From assembly GCA_030704615.1 (NCBI GenBank), contig CM060733.1:4154001-4218000 (forward strand): a DNA stretch of 64,000 nucleotides, given 5' to 3'. Shown here in pieces: positions 11,801 through 24,873 of this stretch (its first letter is position 1; every line of letters starts with the position of its first letter). Position numbers and translations under genes: made by a program. This stretch comes from Takakia lepidozioides (taxonomy: Eukaryota > Plantae > Bryophyta). The notes under the pieces were generated by a model. The model searched no databases and was not told the origin of the DNA. It worked only from the letters and a program-made list of their open reading frames with translations.

Positions 11801-14786
11801 AACATTACCCTTCATGGATTCTGAAAGTTTTGATTATACAGTTCAACCTCCTCCTTCATGCTGATCAGGATTACTGAGCACAACTCTCTTTTGTAACATC
11901 GACTGCAAAGGGCAGTGCATAAGGCTGCCCTAATTTAGTATTAGCAACACCGCCCTGCCTCTCGATGATTTAATCAAGTGATTCGTTGGATGCATTTGAA
12001 GTTTTTCACTGACTATGTTTGCACTGCACATGCGTTTTGTTGATTGTAAATCATATGAATGGATTGTTGGGTGTAAGATCTTTGGCACTGGAAGAGGAGA
12101 AGGAATGGCAGGAGAAGCAGACACAGCAGGAGCTAGCCAAGCCCACAGATGGTGAGAGCCAGAGGTGTCATCGTTCCCCCGAGCCTGAAGTAGAGGGGAT
12201 TGAGATAGAAGGGGTTGAGAAAGGCACCAACTCTCCTGAGTCTCTGATAGAGGCCGGTGATCCTCCTGCTACACCTGAAATTCTTCCACTGGACCAGCAA
12301 GTAAAGGCCAATCTCTCTCAGGAACAGAGTGAGCTGAAGCCCTTTGTAATGGAAATTTTGCTGCCAGGCCCATCAGGGTACGATCCTTCTCCAAGGGAAC
12401 CAAAGCCCAATTGTACAAATGCAACAGCGTCAATGGCAATGACAGAGCCACAGATTTTGCCCAAGGTGATCATGAATGGGCCACAAAAAGCCAAGGTCTC
12501 CTTTGAAAGGAACAACGAGCCACACGACCTTGCAGGTCTGGCAGGTCTGAAGCAGAAGCCAGGGGGTTTGGGACGGGACAGTAAATGGGATGGCGCTGTC
12601 TGTGCAAGAGCCGAGGATGCGATGGACACCCAGAGAGAGGAGAAGGACAGCGACAATGAGGAGATCAATGGCAGTAAAAGGTAAGTAGAAGTCAGATTGC
12701 AAGCAGTTTCTCACTCTTCCACATGAGCATGCAGAAGATCATGTCATTTAATGTCACACTACATTTTTAAATGTGTAACTTGAAAAAAAGAACTATGCAG
12801 ATTTAGGATAGTCAGATTAACTCCCTCTGCCAAACCCTTAGCCCTACCCCTGGATTATACCTTCATTTGCTTTGGTTCTTGCAGACTTGCAGCCAAGTTG
12901 TTTGATGATTGGAGGCCTATATCACTCAAACTCAATGTCAGTAATTCTACTCTCCTTACTGAAACAAGTGCATGACTGACCTCAAGAATAACCTTTCTAC
13001 CTTTGTGAAATTGTTCAAGGAAGCTTGCAGTTGGGGCTTTCAGAAACAGAGAGTGACTGGAAGGAGGAAACCAATCATAATGCCTTAACAAATTGTTGGG
13101 TCTCCACCATTCTCTCTGTGGATGTTATAAGTCTCCTTTCAGTTCATTTCTGAGGATTCAGAGTTGCGGACGGGATAAGCTACAGCATGCCGAATACCTT
13201 GGTCCTGCTTCTGCTAAATGACTGGAGATTGAGACCAAGATCATTGCATGTTTCACTGACCTCTCTACTACGAATTTTGGGGTCACTACTTTTTCCTATT
13301 TAGAGACAATCCCTGACAGACGTGTTCCAATTCCAGGATCATTTCAATGGATTCTAAGCTCTGGGGAGCTGAGAGGATACACAGGTGAATGATGGAGAGG
13401 TGCAACAGCGGAGACGGTATTTGCAGCAGCAACGAGACCGCATTCTTGCCCACAAGAAAGGTCAGCAAAACAACACAGCTACTTAATTTCTTTGTAACTT
13501 CACTTCATACTCGGTTGCCACCCTTTCTGTTATTCCATGTATCTTTGTACTCTTCGACCAACCAATGAGCAGTCACAAGCTACATTTCAGAATCAAGGCA
13601 TAATTACCAGTGTTAATCTCTGCAGGGTCTAAAGTTTTAATTTTTGCACTGCTATTTGGAGAGATCAATAATGGACCAGATGTCTAGATGTAGGCTTGCA
13701 ATGTACAAATTTTGGCTCTCTTAGTTTGGCTCAATGGGACAATGACAACCTTTAAACTTCTCCCATGTGGTGTGAATAACAAGAATCTGCAAAAACAGTG
13801 TCAAACCACTCTGCCCATGCATAGGAACTGTTTGCCCACTCAAACTTGTACACTGAACACTAAGTACAGATTGCAGATGAAATTTCTATCCCAGTGCAAC
13901 ATCTGTTGCAAGCTAGAGACTAGAGGAGCAAGCTCAGGCTTTCAAGATGATGTCAATATCAGCCCATAATTACACAATCGACTGTGACCAGATCCATGTT
14001 GGCAACGTGGAAGTGCTACATTGGCTGTTTCAGTTGGGTCTCACATACCCTGGTAGGCTGAAACACCAAAAGTGGCACCAGAGTAGTATCCTATGGGGCC
14101 TCAATATGTATGTTGGTGTCAAAGATCACATATAACAGTCAATCTTACGTCTGTTACAATGTTATGGAGTCTGTCTGTTTCTCTCTGTACAGCGGCCCGA
14201 GAGAAGCAGTTGAAGTACTTCAGACGCCTAGAAGGCAAGCATGAAGATTCTAGCCTGGAGGAAGTCAAAAGGCTTGCATGCCCACCACCGTGTCCTCGAG
14301 ACTTTGAGGTGACACATCCTGGCTCTCTACCCCTTCTCCCCAAGGAATTTCATTCGATTTGAGTTATAACACGGCTGACATGTGAACATCAAACTGCCCA
14401 ATTGGCAAGAAAGACAAAGCATTGGAGCTAACTTTGGATTGATTCAAGCTCTTATCTCAGTTTCTTGTCACCCATCTTGGTGGGGGGAGCTGAATCAGGC
14501 CCATACTCCATTCAATAAAGCACATCAATTTGGGTTCTGTTACAACAGATTCAAACTCATGTGAAGGGTAAGAACACGAGCACAGTCTATGAATCCAGTT
14601 CCTACAATCTACTGTAATGGGTCATTCTCAAATTGATGTGTACAATGCATTCAAGAGTGATATATTTCGTAGGCAAATCGAAGGAGGGAAAGCTTGAGAA
14701 AGGAGCTTGCCCGGCGCCTCAAGGAGGAGCTTACAAACAAACACAACAAGCCCCCATCACTCCAAGCCTCCCAGCAACCGGTGTGA
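8893..14786 (+). CDS. CFAP36: Cilia- and flagella-associated protein 36 (CCDC104/BARTL1, BART domain), about 9 exons
   Basis: The BART-type N-terminus 'FLQSPVYSVPLLDFIDENCSMFEDCEENKLEYTI|VHENFKQLVDGLI...ILTVDDFLLFK|DMMIKRN' spans GT-AG introns. The C-terminus has 'QQRRRYLQQQRDRILAHKK|AAREKQL' and 'LRKELARRLKEEL', with TGA at 14784-14786. Confidence 0.85.
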
Positions 14787-15280
14787 ATGATAGCAACTCT
14801 CCCAAGTAGGGAATGAAAATATCATACACTTGGGAGAAACTATGTTATGGCCAGTAAAGTAAGGTTGATTTGACTGGTTTTATGCTTACAACTTTCTTCC
14901 ATCAAACTGGTTCTGCAATACAATTGAGCAGACCAAAATCCTAGAATTTAAGTTACAGGATGTAGATTGTTGGCCAAAACTTCCCTTCATGTGCACTTCA
15001 AACTCCAAATTTCAGGTGAACATTGAGGAATACATCAATCCAAACACTGACCTCGTTGGTTGAACTCTTTGAAGATCCCAGAGTTTGTTCCAAACTCTTT
15101 GAGTAGTCATGTCAATTTTGTTGCAATTGCAAGGAACATCTTCCAATTTGCTAAATGGCGTGCCCCTGTCCCAGCCAACTCTCTTGCACACAATCAAATT
15201 TTACAAAGCGGACCTAATGAGATTGAGGCTGTAGTTCTAGATATCAATAGTGTGACTCCCTCCAAATTGGGAGATATTAG

Positions 15281-17058
15281 TCACACAAAGGGGGAGAATT
15301 TGGAATAGTTACGCTCTTGACGCATTTGCATTTGTTTCTGGTTCCAAGGCTCCCTGCCAACAATCACACTCACTATGGTTTCCACAGAATCTGGCTCGAG
15401 CAGGATCTTCGTGTGTTCTTTCCCTGCTAACTTGATGACCTGCAAGGCTTGTCCTTCGATTGCTTCCCACTCCGCAATAACAGCAGAAAGGCTGCACAGG
15501 TTCACTGTTCCATCTCCATCTCCCTCCACTATTTCAGGCTGGCTATCAAATCCATTCCTCCTTTCATACCTCAGACTTTGGGGAGTGCCCACACCATGCC
15601 CAAAAATCAGAGTCACAGGGATTTTTGGGGCTTCCAGTTGTTCAGTCAGATGAGGTACTCGCGATTCATAGGGGGCAATACCTTCTGCAAAGCCTATATC
15701 ATTAAGGAAGTCTGTCATGTCAGAAGCTGAGTAGTTTGTAGATGATGTCGTCACAAGTGGCTTGGATCCAAAAACCCATGGTACTGGTAGCAACCAAAGA
15801 TTGCTCTCTGTGGACCGTTGTTGCTCTCTTACAGTAAGTGGATTCACAAAGGGCACCCCTTCTGAATTTCCAGATGCAAAAGTCATCATCTGTAACACAG
15901 TACCGCCCCAGGGAGCAGAAATTGCGACAAAGTGAGCCACATAGGTCTTCCTCCATTCCATAGATTGCTGGTTCAGTAAGTAGAGGACCCATAGACCCCC
16001 AAGACTATGGGAGACGATTACGACTGGCTGGTTACCGTTGGATGCATAAGCTTTCTCTATCAGATCTTTCAAGTTTTCTAGGAATTGGATTGCAACATCA
16101 GATGCGTGAGGTCCTGGGGCGCAGCGAAAATCATAAGGAGCCCCAAACAGCGTTTGGCCGCTGATATAGCCCTCGACCTGAAGTGCCTGAACCAGATGTA
16201 CCATGTAGGCAGACACAGACCTGCACGTTATACATATATTGGAGGAGTCATGTGTAAGAATCTGAGTTCTGATCTATTATTCTGTCATGACAACATGGAA
16301 GGTTGAAAGAGTCTCACAAGCATAATCACTATAATCCAAAATGCTAGAGCCCGTTTCTACTTGTATGGCTTGCAAATGCGTTGCTTTGGGTGTGACGCAG
16401 ACAAAGATATCTGCGAAGTGGGCTCTTCCATAGCTCCTAACGTTCGCATTGGCGATCACTACGTGACTGAATTCATGAAGCACGGACCTCTACACCTTAG
16501 ATTTGAGATTGGCTGAGACTGCCGCCTGAATACAGTGAGACTGACTGGCGACAGTGTGAAATGTTACCTGAATGCGGGGTCCAAATACTCCATGCCCTCG
16601 GTGGTCCCAAAATAAGGGATGCGGGTCTCAACGCCTTTACTGTTGTGGTATCGATCGGTTTCCGCATCATACTCGCTCTTCAATCTATCAGAAAAACAGG
16701 AGGTGAAAGGGGGGAGGAGGGTGAGCAAATCCACCCATAGACGGAAGTAGCCAGTTTTAAAGCTTCTGCACCACAGTTTGCTAGCCTTGTACTCCTTTGT
16801 CAGCTTAGCCTCCAGCTGATTGCCGCCAGTGCCTGGCACAATCACCACAGGTGCTAATCCATTCTCCTTACTCGTTTTCTGTTGGCTGATGGGGAACACC
16901 CTGGCACTCGGCGTTCTTGCAGCTGCCCGAGTGATGCCCTGGAGGGACCCATCAGAGAGCAGCAACGCCAGTGTGAGAGAGAGATAGAACGATGAGATTC
17001 CAAGATGTGGGTTTGCTGTCGCTGGACGATAGTGCATGGTGGTGTGTTGATTGATCAT
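15281..17058 (-). CDS. LCAT1: Lecithin:cholesterol acyltransferase-like (LCAT1/PLA2G15 family), 2 exons (17058-16568, 16220-15281)
   Basis: Motifs 'PVVIVPGTGGNQLEA', 'GAPYDFR', nucleophile 'SHSLG', 'GDGDGTV' and 'EH'. Hydrophobic N-terminal segment. In-frame GT-AG intron at 16567-16221. Confidence 0.9.
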
Positions 17059-17867
17059 TTGTGCCTTGCGATGTATGTGACTGTTTACAATCCGTCCTGG
17101 TCTCAATCTCTTTCTCTTGTCCCTCAAGCTCCTTGAGCTATCCGCGGACGTTACTAATGTACCTTTCCATTTCTTCAACAAGCCTCTCCCCGCCACGACC
17201 AGCTTTGCTTGCCCCTAACTAGTAACCCGGGAGCTCGAGTGATTCTTCTTCTCCGAGGGGAGAATCTCCCTCATGAATCATGTGGTGGGGCGGCCTCAAG
17301 GTTAAAAAATCTCTATTGGTTTTAAGATCATGTTCTACACCTTCTTTGATGAAGAAATGCAGAAGCGAAGTATATAGTTGGGCAAATCTGAGCTACAGAA
17401 CTGCAAGAAGTAGTGGTGGGGACAAGCGAATTGTACCCCACCCCGGCTTTGATACATAGGAGAAAACTCATCCGCTACCTATTAACTATCATCGTGTTCT
17501 TGAGAAACGCATCACAGACAAGCGATTGGTGAGGTTGCAGGATGAGTCGCTGACATTCCACAGGCATTAATAAAAACAAGTGGGCCCTCCTCCTTTGGTA
17601 TTGGGTTGCCTTGAAATTGTAGACGCACCACGCCATACTTGTTCGAATTCTCAACAGATCTCAAATAAAAGTTCAGTTGCTGCCATTCCTGAAAGACAAT
17701 CGGGATACACGATGATGCGCAAATAAACTCGATATCTTCGTGATCCGGATCTCTTGCTATTAGACTTGTACTGTTTGAAGTTTTCGCACCGGCGACGAGG
17801 GCTCTTCTCTACACAGATTCAGCCCTAATTCTTGGGGATTCCCCGCTAGTGCTTGTGTGTGGGCGCC

Positions 17868-18542
17868 ATGCCGCTCTACGATTTTATTGTGATGGTGAAG
17901 CCGGCAGTGGACAGACGCGGTTTGGTGGAGTTCCTGGCACGGATAGGGCAGCGCGTCTACTCCAAGAACGGTGTCGTCACCAATGTGAAGTCTTTTGGCA
18001 GAGTTAATCTTGCATACGGAATCAAGAAGCGCGATGGTCGCTTTTTTGAGGTATGTCCTGTTGTCCCTCTCTCCTCTCTTCTTTGGGAAAGAAAAAGTGT
18101 TAACGCCCAAGAAGAAACTTTATCAATCAAACACCTCTACATAACCTTGACAGGCCAAGGGAAGCTATCTTCCTCACACACGCACCCACATACAAAAGAG
18201 ACACAGACACGACGGCATATCCTGGCTGCAGCGCAGTAGTTATACTTTAGAGCGAAGTATAAGCAATACTTGCCACTGCACATCTGGTCGCCCATTCTCT
18301 AGGCTTGAGACAATGCTGAAAGCTGTATCATCGTTGTTGTGCTGTACTATGTAGCTCTGCAAAAGATCACAGTATGTGGAATGGCTTGAATGGTGTAGGC
18401 ACACATGATGCAGATGACTTTTATGGTGAACCCTCAGTTCCAGCAGGAATTGAGCTACTTGAACAAGGACGAGCGACTTTTGCGATGGTTGATGATTCGT
18501 AATCGAGGCAACAGCTGGTCCAAGACCGCAGCAAGAGAGTAG
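17868..18542 (+). CDS. MRPS6: Mitochondrial ribosomal protein bS6m, 2 exons (17868-18050, 18399-18542)
   Basis: 'MPLYDFIVMVKP...NGVVTNVKSFGRVNLAYGIKKRDGRFFE|AHMMQMTF...LNKDERLLRWL' is the bacterial-type S6 signature. The intron is phase-0 GT-AG. Confidence 0.9.
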
Positions 18543-18833
18543 GGGACACCTGGGGACTCGAAAGGAATATTTCCAAGCATATGGTGACATGCAGACATTT
18601 GCATTGCCCTTGACAAGCTGTGCCAATCTTCCCCGAACTGGCTGCATGGATTTGTATAGGGACTCTGGTATCTGGACTTGTGCAACTTGGCTTCAAACTG
18701 TCCTTCTTAAGTAGTTGAGAATTGCTTCTGGGGATAGAAGAACCAACATTAATCTGCAGCTGGGGAACCACTCTCAATCAATAGCAACGGTAATGCACTC
18801 TCAAGTCATTGTCATTGTTTCCCTAAAGTTCAC

Positions 18834-21514
18834 TCATGTTATGAGTCTGTTAGAAAATCCAAGAGCTGTGCCTGCACCATGGCCCAACCATCCTGCCTGG
18901 TAACAAGACCTGGTTTTGTTGTAGGCAACTTTTGAGTTAGCAGGTAGACGTGATCCTGTTAATTCTTCAGCTTCGGTCCAGAAGGGGTAGGACAATGGTG
19001 GCCTGGACTCAGTTTGGCGTAATCTATTGATACCATGGAAATTTAGTACTTGTGGCTTTGGCAGACTACAGTTTGTACCATAGACTTGGGAGTGTTCTAC
19101 CTGCAGCATATCCATCTTTCTTAGTTTGGAGGGACCACATAAGCTCTGCACCTTGGCATGCTCAGTTTCATCGTTAGTTGTGGGGTATGTGGGGTATGTG
19201 GGGTATGTGCCATCGTAATGCCGAGACAGATTATTGGAGGGGTGGGGGTCCATATGTTCATGCCACTTCCTTGGCTCCATTGCCAGATTGTCGCTACGTC
19301 GCATCCTGGGCCTCGCCTGTTCTTGCAACTCGTGACGATGTGCAGGGGGTAATTCCAATTTGTCTTGAGGATGGTGTAAGAAGTTGTGAGATGGTGGCAG
19401 TTCCAAATGATTTGAAAAAAATGATGCGGCAGACTGCGCTTTGCTTTCTTCTTGTTGTCCCCACTGATGTCTCCTTCCTCTATGATAAGATGGCTGAGCC
19501 AAAGTACCCACAGGTTCCTTTTTGATGAGTTTTGAATCATTACTTTTGAAATTAGTGTCAAGGAAGGGGAAGGCGTCAGGATCTCCTGCTTGGGCAGCCC
19601 TTCGCCCATGCATCACCTTGTCCTTTCTGGAGGTGCAGTCCAGAAGAGCTCCTGTCAGGTGGCTGTCTTCATCGGTCCAATTTAAAGCCTTTTCCTTCTC
19701 TGTTTCCAGTTCATCCGTGAAATATTCGTCAAAAACCACAAACTTGTTTGCCTGCAGAGAGAGCCATGATCCACATTGTGTACGCTCTGAAATGGAACAC
19801 GGTGTCTTCCTATGCTAAAAATCACACCAGGCAACAGGAATATTGGATACCATTGTTCCTCGAGTCATTGCCTTACGAGGATGCACTTAGGTTGTGATCT
19901 ATGTGCAGTGGCCACTATGGTGCCTTGTGACAACTAACATGTCAATGTCACTATTTCTCATGGGTTTTTAACAGTTACAAGATGCAGGAGAGATTGAAAG
20001 AAATCCCCCTATCCTGACACTCTCACATACCATAGAAGACAAACAATGCATGGGATGAAACAAAGAACTGACAAAGCTGTGGCAGATGGGAGACAAGAAT
20101 GAACCTGGTTCACAAACTTGCTTAGCTGGTAATACTTGGCCAAGAAAAAAAGCAGCTTGCTGGAGGGCCTATCATAGCTACACAAATGATCAGGAGGGGT
20201 ACCTGTTAGAGGTTTCCCTTTCAAATCACTAGGTTGCCAATCCTACTAGGCATGTCTAGCAGCCCTGCTTGCACTTGCCCCTCCATATGGTGGACAACTT
20301 CCTGTTACTGCACTTGTGTCTCCTCTAGTACCCAAATTTCCTACCTCAGCTCCCATGTTGTTACCCTGTGTCAGTGCAAGACCACGAACACCTCTCCGTC
20401 TCCCCCTCTCTACCTGAAAAGAAAGGTAGTCACACACATGCAGATTTACATGGTTGGTCCCTAACAGAGTGGATCGCTGTCAGTGGTATGTAGAGTTGGC
20501 AGATGTACCCAAGCTGACACGCACTCTTGTTCTCACGCGCCAGCATTGCTTCAAAAAGCTGGTACCCCAGCCCCATCCTGACCCAGTTACAAGTACCACT
20601 CTTGTGAGGGCTCTTCATGCTGGGAGCTTTGTTAGAATCATGGTTGCATGCAAGTAATATGGCGTCTATCGGAAGTAAAAATTATGCGTTTGAATCATTG
20701 ATGCATGTGCAACCTTTGTTAGAATTCCGATTTTGCATCTCAAATTCACAAGTACCACGCAAGTGTACAGAAGCGCAGCACAGCCGCTAACTTGTCGACA
20801 CTTGACATAGAAGCCTGCAGTTCTTAGCAACTTGTCTTGAAGAACAGTAGGGAGAGCGATCAGAGTACCTTTGACACGACTGATGTACATAAAAGTCCAG
20901 AACACACAGAGGTGCAATCTCCACCAGGTGTCCACTGTCTTTCCGGATAAACAGGTGTTTACGTCCAACTTTCAAAATTCCTTTGGCAAGAATTAAATCC
21001 TGCTTTCCTAGTATTCCACTTGTTGAAAGATAGAGGGTATGGGCCCCTAGGAGGATGCGATCGAAGTTAGTGATGGGTAAGCGTAAGCGCTGTGATGTTG
21101 CAGACATCGCTCCCATTGTGTCTATAATATTTCGCAGCTCCTCTACCTCCTTGCCCCGACCCAGCATTGCTGCAAAGACCGAAAAATCCCGTTAGAAGCT
21201 TTATCACCCTCACTGTTGCCTTCCTATACTCATCACAAGAGAGAATTTGCTACAGGATAAGTGAATTCTGTAGTTGATTGACTGATACTGCAACGGCATT
21301 GTGCACCACCATCTCCAAAAGTGGTTGATCTTTACGAGAGCAGAGAGATGACTGCAGGGCGATGTAGTGGCATCGTGGAGAAATTCTCTAGCGTGGGACA
21401 ATAAATACATGAGGAAGTCAGTGCCATACACAGTTGGGCAGCGTCCCAAGCCGAAATATGGGCTGCTCCTTTGACGTAGCTCTTCAGGAAAGGAATCGCA
21501 CAGTCGATTTCCAT
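18834..21514 (-). CDS. ATAT1: Alpha-tubulin N-acetyltransferase (ATAT1/MEC-17) with long low-complexity C-terminal tail, about 5 exons
   Basis: 'GILKVGRKHLFI', 'LCVLDFYVHQSCQR|MGLGYQLF', 'G|YDRPSSKLLFFLAKYY' and 'Q|ANKFVVFDEYF' join in frame across GT-AG introns. Confidence 0.9.
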
Positions 21515-22920
21515 TATGAAGTTGATCACTTCACAAATATGCAGCAAGACTTGACTCAGAAGAATACTCGGAACGTCAATCTGTATGGTTCGTTAGAGAT
21601 CTCCCCGAAAGGAAGGGGAGCCCCCCGAAGATACGGACTCTTCATCATCATCAACGTGGGCTGTAAATCCATCATGGGCTCGATACAATGGGCCATCCAC
21701 CAGAGCAGAATTGGACTTACGAAGAGCTGTACACACAGCTAGCATTTACAGTAAGCGCGAATCTGAGGGGACCGGTCAGATTACACAGATTTCAATCATC
21801 CGACACGTTCGGCTGAAGAAACATGAGGGGCTTCCAATGAATCCAAGATGGTTTTCATATACATGACAGACAATGGAGGAATCTTTGCGCACAGAAGGTA
21901 GCTTCAGCAAATCAATGTTGCCATCTCCCTGCAATTGTGCTCAGACACAGCCTTCCTATCTAACGTCTATGTACAGCCTCTTTCTTTCTCTTCAGAAAAA
22001 CTTATCCTGGTGAGGACTGGCAGGACTGGCTTCTTTGTGCTCATGGATGCAGAGGGAGAGGGACAGGAGAATAGCGCTCATGTGGTCCCATAACACCGAA
22101 GAGCAACGGCTTAGAAGTAGGGTGCGGAGAAGGCTAAGGCTGCCTCTCTCGCGCTTCAAAGACGAGGAGGAAGTTGGGCAACTGACTCTCAGACTTCAAA
22201 TCAAGTGGGATGCAACAAGTTCAAAATCCAATCAAGTTAGAATTCCATCCTGAGATGGATCATCATCCCGCAAAAGTATATTGCAGTTCATGGGTCAGCG
22301 AAACTGTTGCCTGTTTTAGCTGCCCATTGTGGATGGTTCCCATGTTTGTAGCCTTATAGCCTTCTGAAGAGGTTATATTTTCCTCTTAAGTTCATGGTGC
22401 TGTAACTCCAGCAAGAATGCATAAAGTCTGAATGCTAGTCCGAAGATGCCTTCCAAAAGTTGTAGAGAAGTGCCGGTGATTGGCTACCTTTGGTGCGACA
22501 CTTCAGGAGTCCAAAACTCTCATTGGCCAACTGGTTTAACTGTTTGTAGTTCCCATCTTCAGCAGCTGCAATCTTCAACAGATGAACCCTCTAATGGATG
22601 GAATGATTTTCATGTTTGTATCGGAGACTCTAGCAAAAGTAGGTCATTATACGGCGTAGCTGAGTAGCCAACCAAAAAATGCGAATATCAGGTACTCGTC
22701 CTGCTATTCTGGCATCGAGTATAGCTTGGTGCGGATGTCCGTATTATGCTTTGTGTGTCCCACTTCTGATGGCCCAGTCTTGCTTTACATGCGATTGCAT
22801 CCTGTACAACTTCTTGCCCAGCAATCTTGGAGATGAAGTTGGTTGCAGTAAACCACACACCCCAATGTTGTTGATGACCACCTTCTACTTCTTCATTTTT
22901 CTCGTCTTCGCAGGATTGTC

Positions 22921-24873
22921 CTACCCACCAGCAGCAGCATAGATGTCCAAGTCCTGTGGATCCCACTTGAGAAGGTATTTTGCTGCATGTTCTGCTACCT
23001 CCACATTGCCATGCAGTCTGCAGGTACCAAGCAAAGACTCCCACACCGCAGCATCAGGTTTCATTGGCATTCTCTTAATGAAGTCCTCTGCCTCCTTCAA
23101 TCGTCCTGCACGACCAAGAAGGTCCACCATGCAGCTAAAGTGATCTGCCATTGGAGTAAGACCATAATCTTGAGTCATAGAATCAAAGTAGTGACAGCCT
23201 TCATCCACTAGGCCTGCATGGTTACATGCAGAGAGAAGACATGTGAACGTGATACTGTCTGGCTTCAAGCCTTCCTGTTGTATCTGTCCAAATAGTTCGA
23301 GGGCCTCCCTACCACATCCATGCTGACCATATCCTGCAATCATCACGCTCCATGAGACCACATCTCGTCCAGCCATATTGTCAAACACTTGACGTGCATC
23401 CTTCATGTTCCCACATTTGGCATACATGTCAACAAGGGCAGTCTCCACAATGATATCCGGGACAATTCCAGCTTTGATGATGTCAGCATGGACCTCTTTG
23501 CCCTTTTCCAGGGCTGCCAGGCTGGCACACGCCTTGAGAGCACAAATGAAGGTGACGTTGTTGGGTACTTCCCCTTCCTGTATCATTTGATCATAGATTT
23601 TGAGAGCCTCCATCCCACACCCTTGCTGAGCATATCCTGCGATCATGGCACTCCATGAGACCACATTTCGCTCAGGCATATTGTCGAACACTTGCCTTGC
23701 ATCTTCTATGTCCCCACATTTGGCAAACATGTCAACAAGCGCAGTCTCCAGAATGACATCTGACGCAATTCCAGCCGTAGTGATGTTAGCATGGACCTCT
23801 TTGCCTTTTTCCAGGACTCCCAAGCTGGCACACACATTGAGAATGCATATGAACGTGACTTTGTTGGGCGTCACCCCTTCCCGTATCATTTGCTCATAGA
23901 TCTTGAAAGCCTCCCTACCAGACCCATGGCTCTCATATCCTGCCATCAGCATATTCCAAGTGAGTAAATTTCGTTTTGGCATTTTATCAAAAACTTGACG
24001 TGCATTCTTCAAGTTCCCACATTTGGCATACATGTTAACAAGGGCAGTCTCCAGAATAACATCTGGGGCAATTACAGCCTTGATGATGTCAGCATGGACC
24101 TCTTTACCCTTGTCCAGGGCTGCCTGGCTGGCACACACCTTGAGAAGGCAGATGAATGTGACCTTGCTCGGTGGCACCCCTTGCTGTTTCATTTGCTCAT
24201 AGAGCTCAAAAGCCTCCATACCACATCCATGCTGGGCGTATCCTGCCATCATCGCGCTCCATGAGACCACATTTCGTTCAGCCATACTGTCGAACACTTG
24301 CCGTGCATCTTTTATGTTCCCACATTTGGCATACATGTCAACAAGGGCAGTCTCCACAATGATATCCGGTGCAATTCCAGCCTTAATGATGTCAGCATGG
24401 ACTTCTTTGCCCTTTTCCAGGACAGCCAAGCTGGAACAAGCTTTGAGAAGGCAAATGAATGTGACCTTGTTGGGCGTCACCCCTTCCCGTATCATCTGAT
24501 TGTAGATCTCAAAAGCTTCCCTACCACACCCATGCTTGACATATCCTGTTATCATTATAGTCCACGTGAACAAATTCCGTCCATGCATTTCATCGAACAC
24601 TCGGCGTGCATCCCCCGCACTCCCACACTTGGCATACATGTTCACAAGGGTGTTGAAGAGAAAGAGATTTGGCTTTAATCCACTTTGGACAATGTGGGCA
24701 TGAACCTGCTTTCCCTCTGCTAGGCTTTGCAAGTTGATGCATTCCTGCAAGAGACATATGTAGGTTTTGCAGTCCGAAGTACCTCCTTGGTGCAAAATGT
24801 GCAGGGCATCTTTGAGTCGTCCTGCCATGCATAGCGTCCTCACATCACTACAGTGTTCTTGACCTTGTATCAT
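22921..24873 (-). CDS. PLS-class pentatricopeptide repeat protein with truncated E domain and no DYW; the ORF is open to 25164, start uncertain
   Basis: Intronless tandem P-L-S triplets ('TALVDMYAKCG', 'RNVVSWSAMIAGYAQ', 'PNKVTFICLLKAC'), then 'CMVDLLGRAGRL' and 'PDAAVWESLLGTCRLHGNV'. Confidence 0.92.
   Translation of the reverse strand: MIQGQEHCSDVRTLCMAGRLKDALHILHQGGTSDCKTYICLLQECINLQSLAEGKQVHAHIVQSGLKPNLFLFNTLVNMYAKCGSAGDARRVFDEMHGRNLFTWTIMITGYVKHGCGREAFEIYNQMIREGVTPNKVTFICLLKACSSLAVLEKGKEVHADIIKAGIAPDIIVETALVDMYAKCGNIKDARQVFDSMAERNVVSWSAMMAGYAQHGCGMEAFELYEQMKQQGVPPSKVTFICLLKVCASQAALDKGKEVHADIIKAVIAPDVILETALVNMYAKCGNLKNARQVFDKMPKRNLLTWNMLMAGYESHGSGREAFKIYEQMIREGVTPNKVTFICILNVCASLGVLEKGKEVHANITTAGIASDVILETALVDMFAKCGDIEDARQVFDNMPERNVVSWSAMIAGYAQQGCGMEALKIYDQMIQEGEVPNNVTFICALKACASLAALEKGKEVHADIIKAGIVPDIIVETALVDMYAKCGNMKDARQVFDNMAGRDVVSWSVMIAGYGQHGCGREALELFGQIQQEGLKPDSITFTCLLSACNHAGLVDEGCHYFDSMTQDYGLTPMADHFSCMVDLLGRAGRLKEAEDFIKRMPMKPDAAVWESLLGTCRLHGNVEVAEHAAKYLLKWDPQDLDIYAAAGG

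Noticed and set aside
23389-24678. Repeated plus-strand ORFs
   Set aside because: They are antisense shadows of the PPR repeats.
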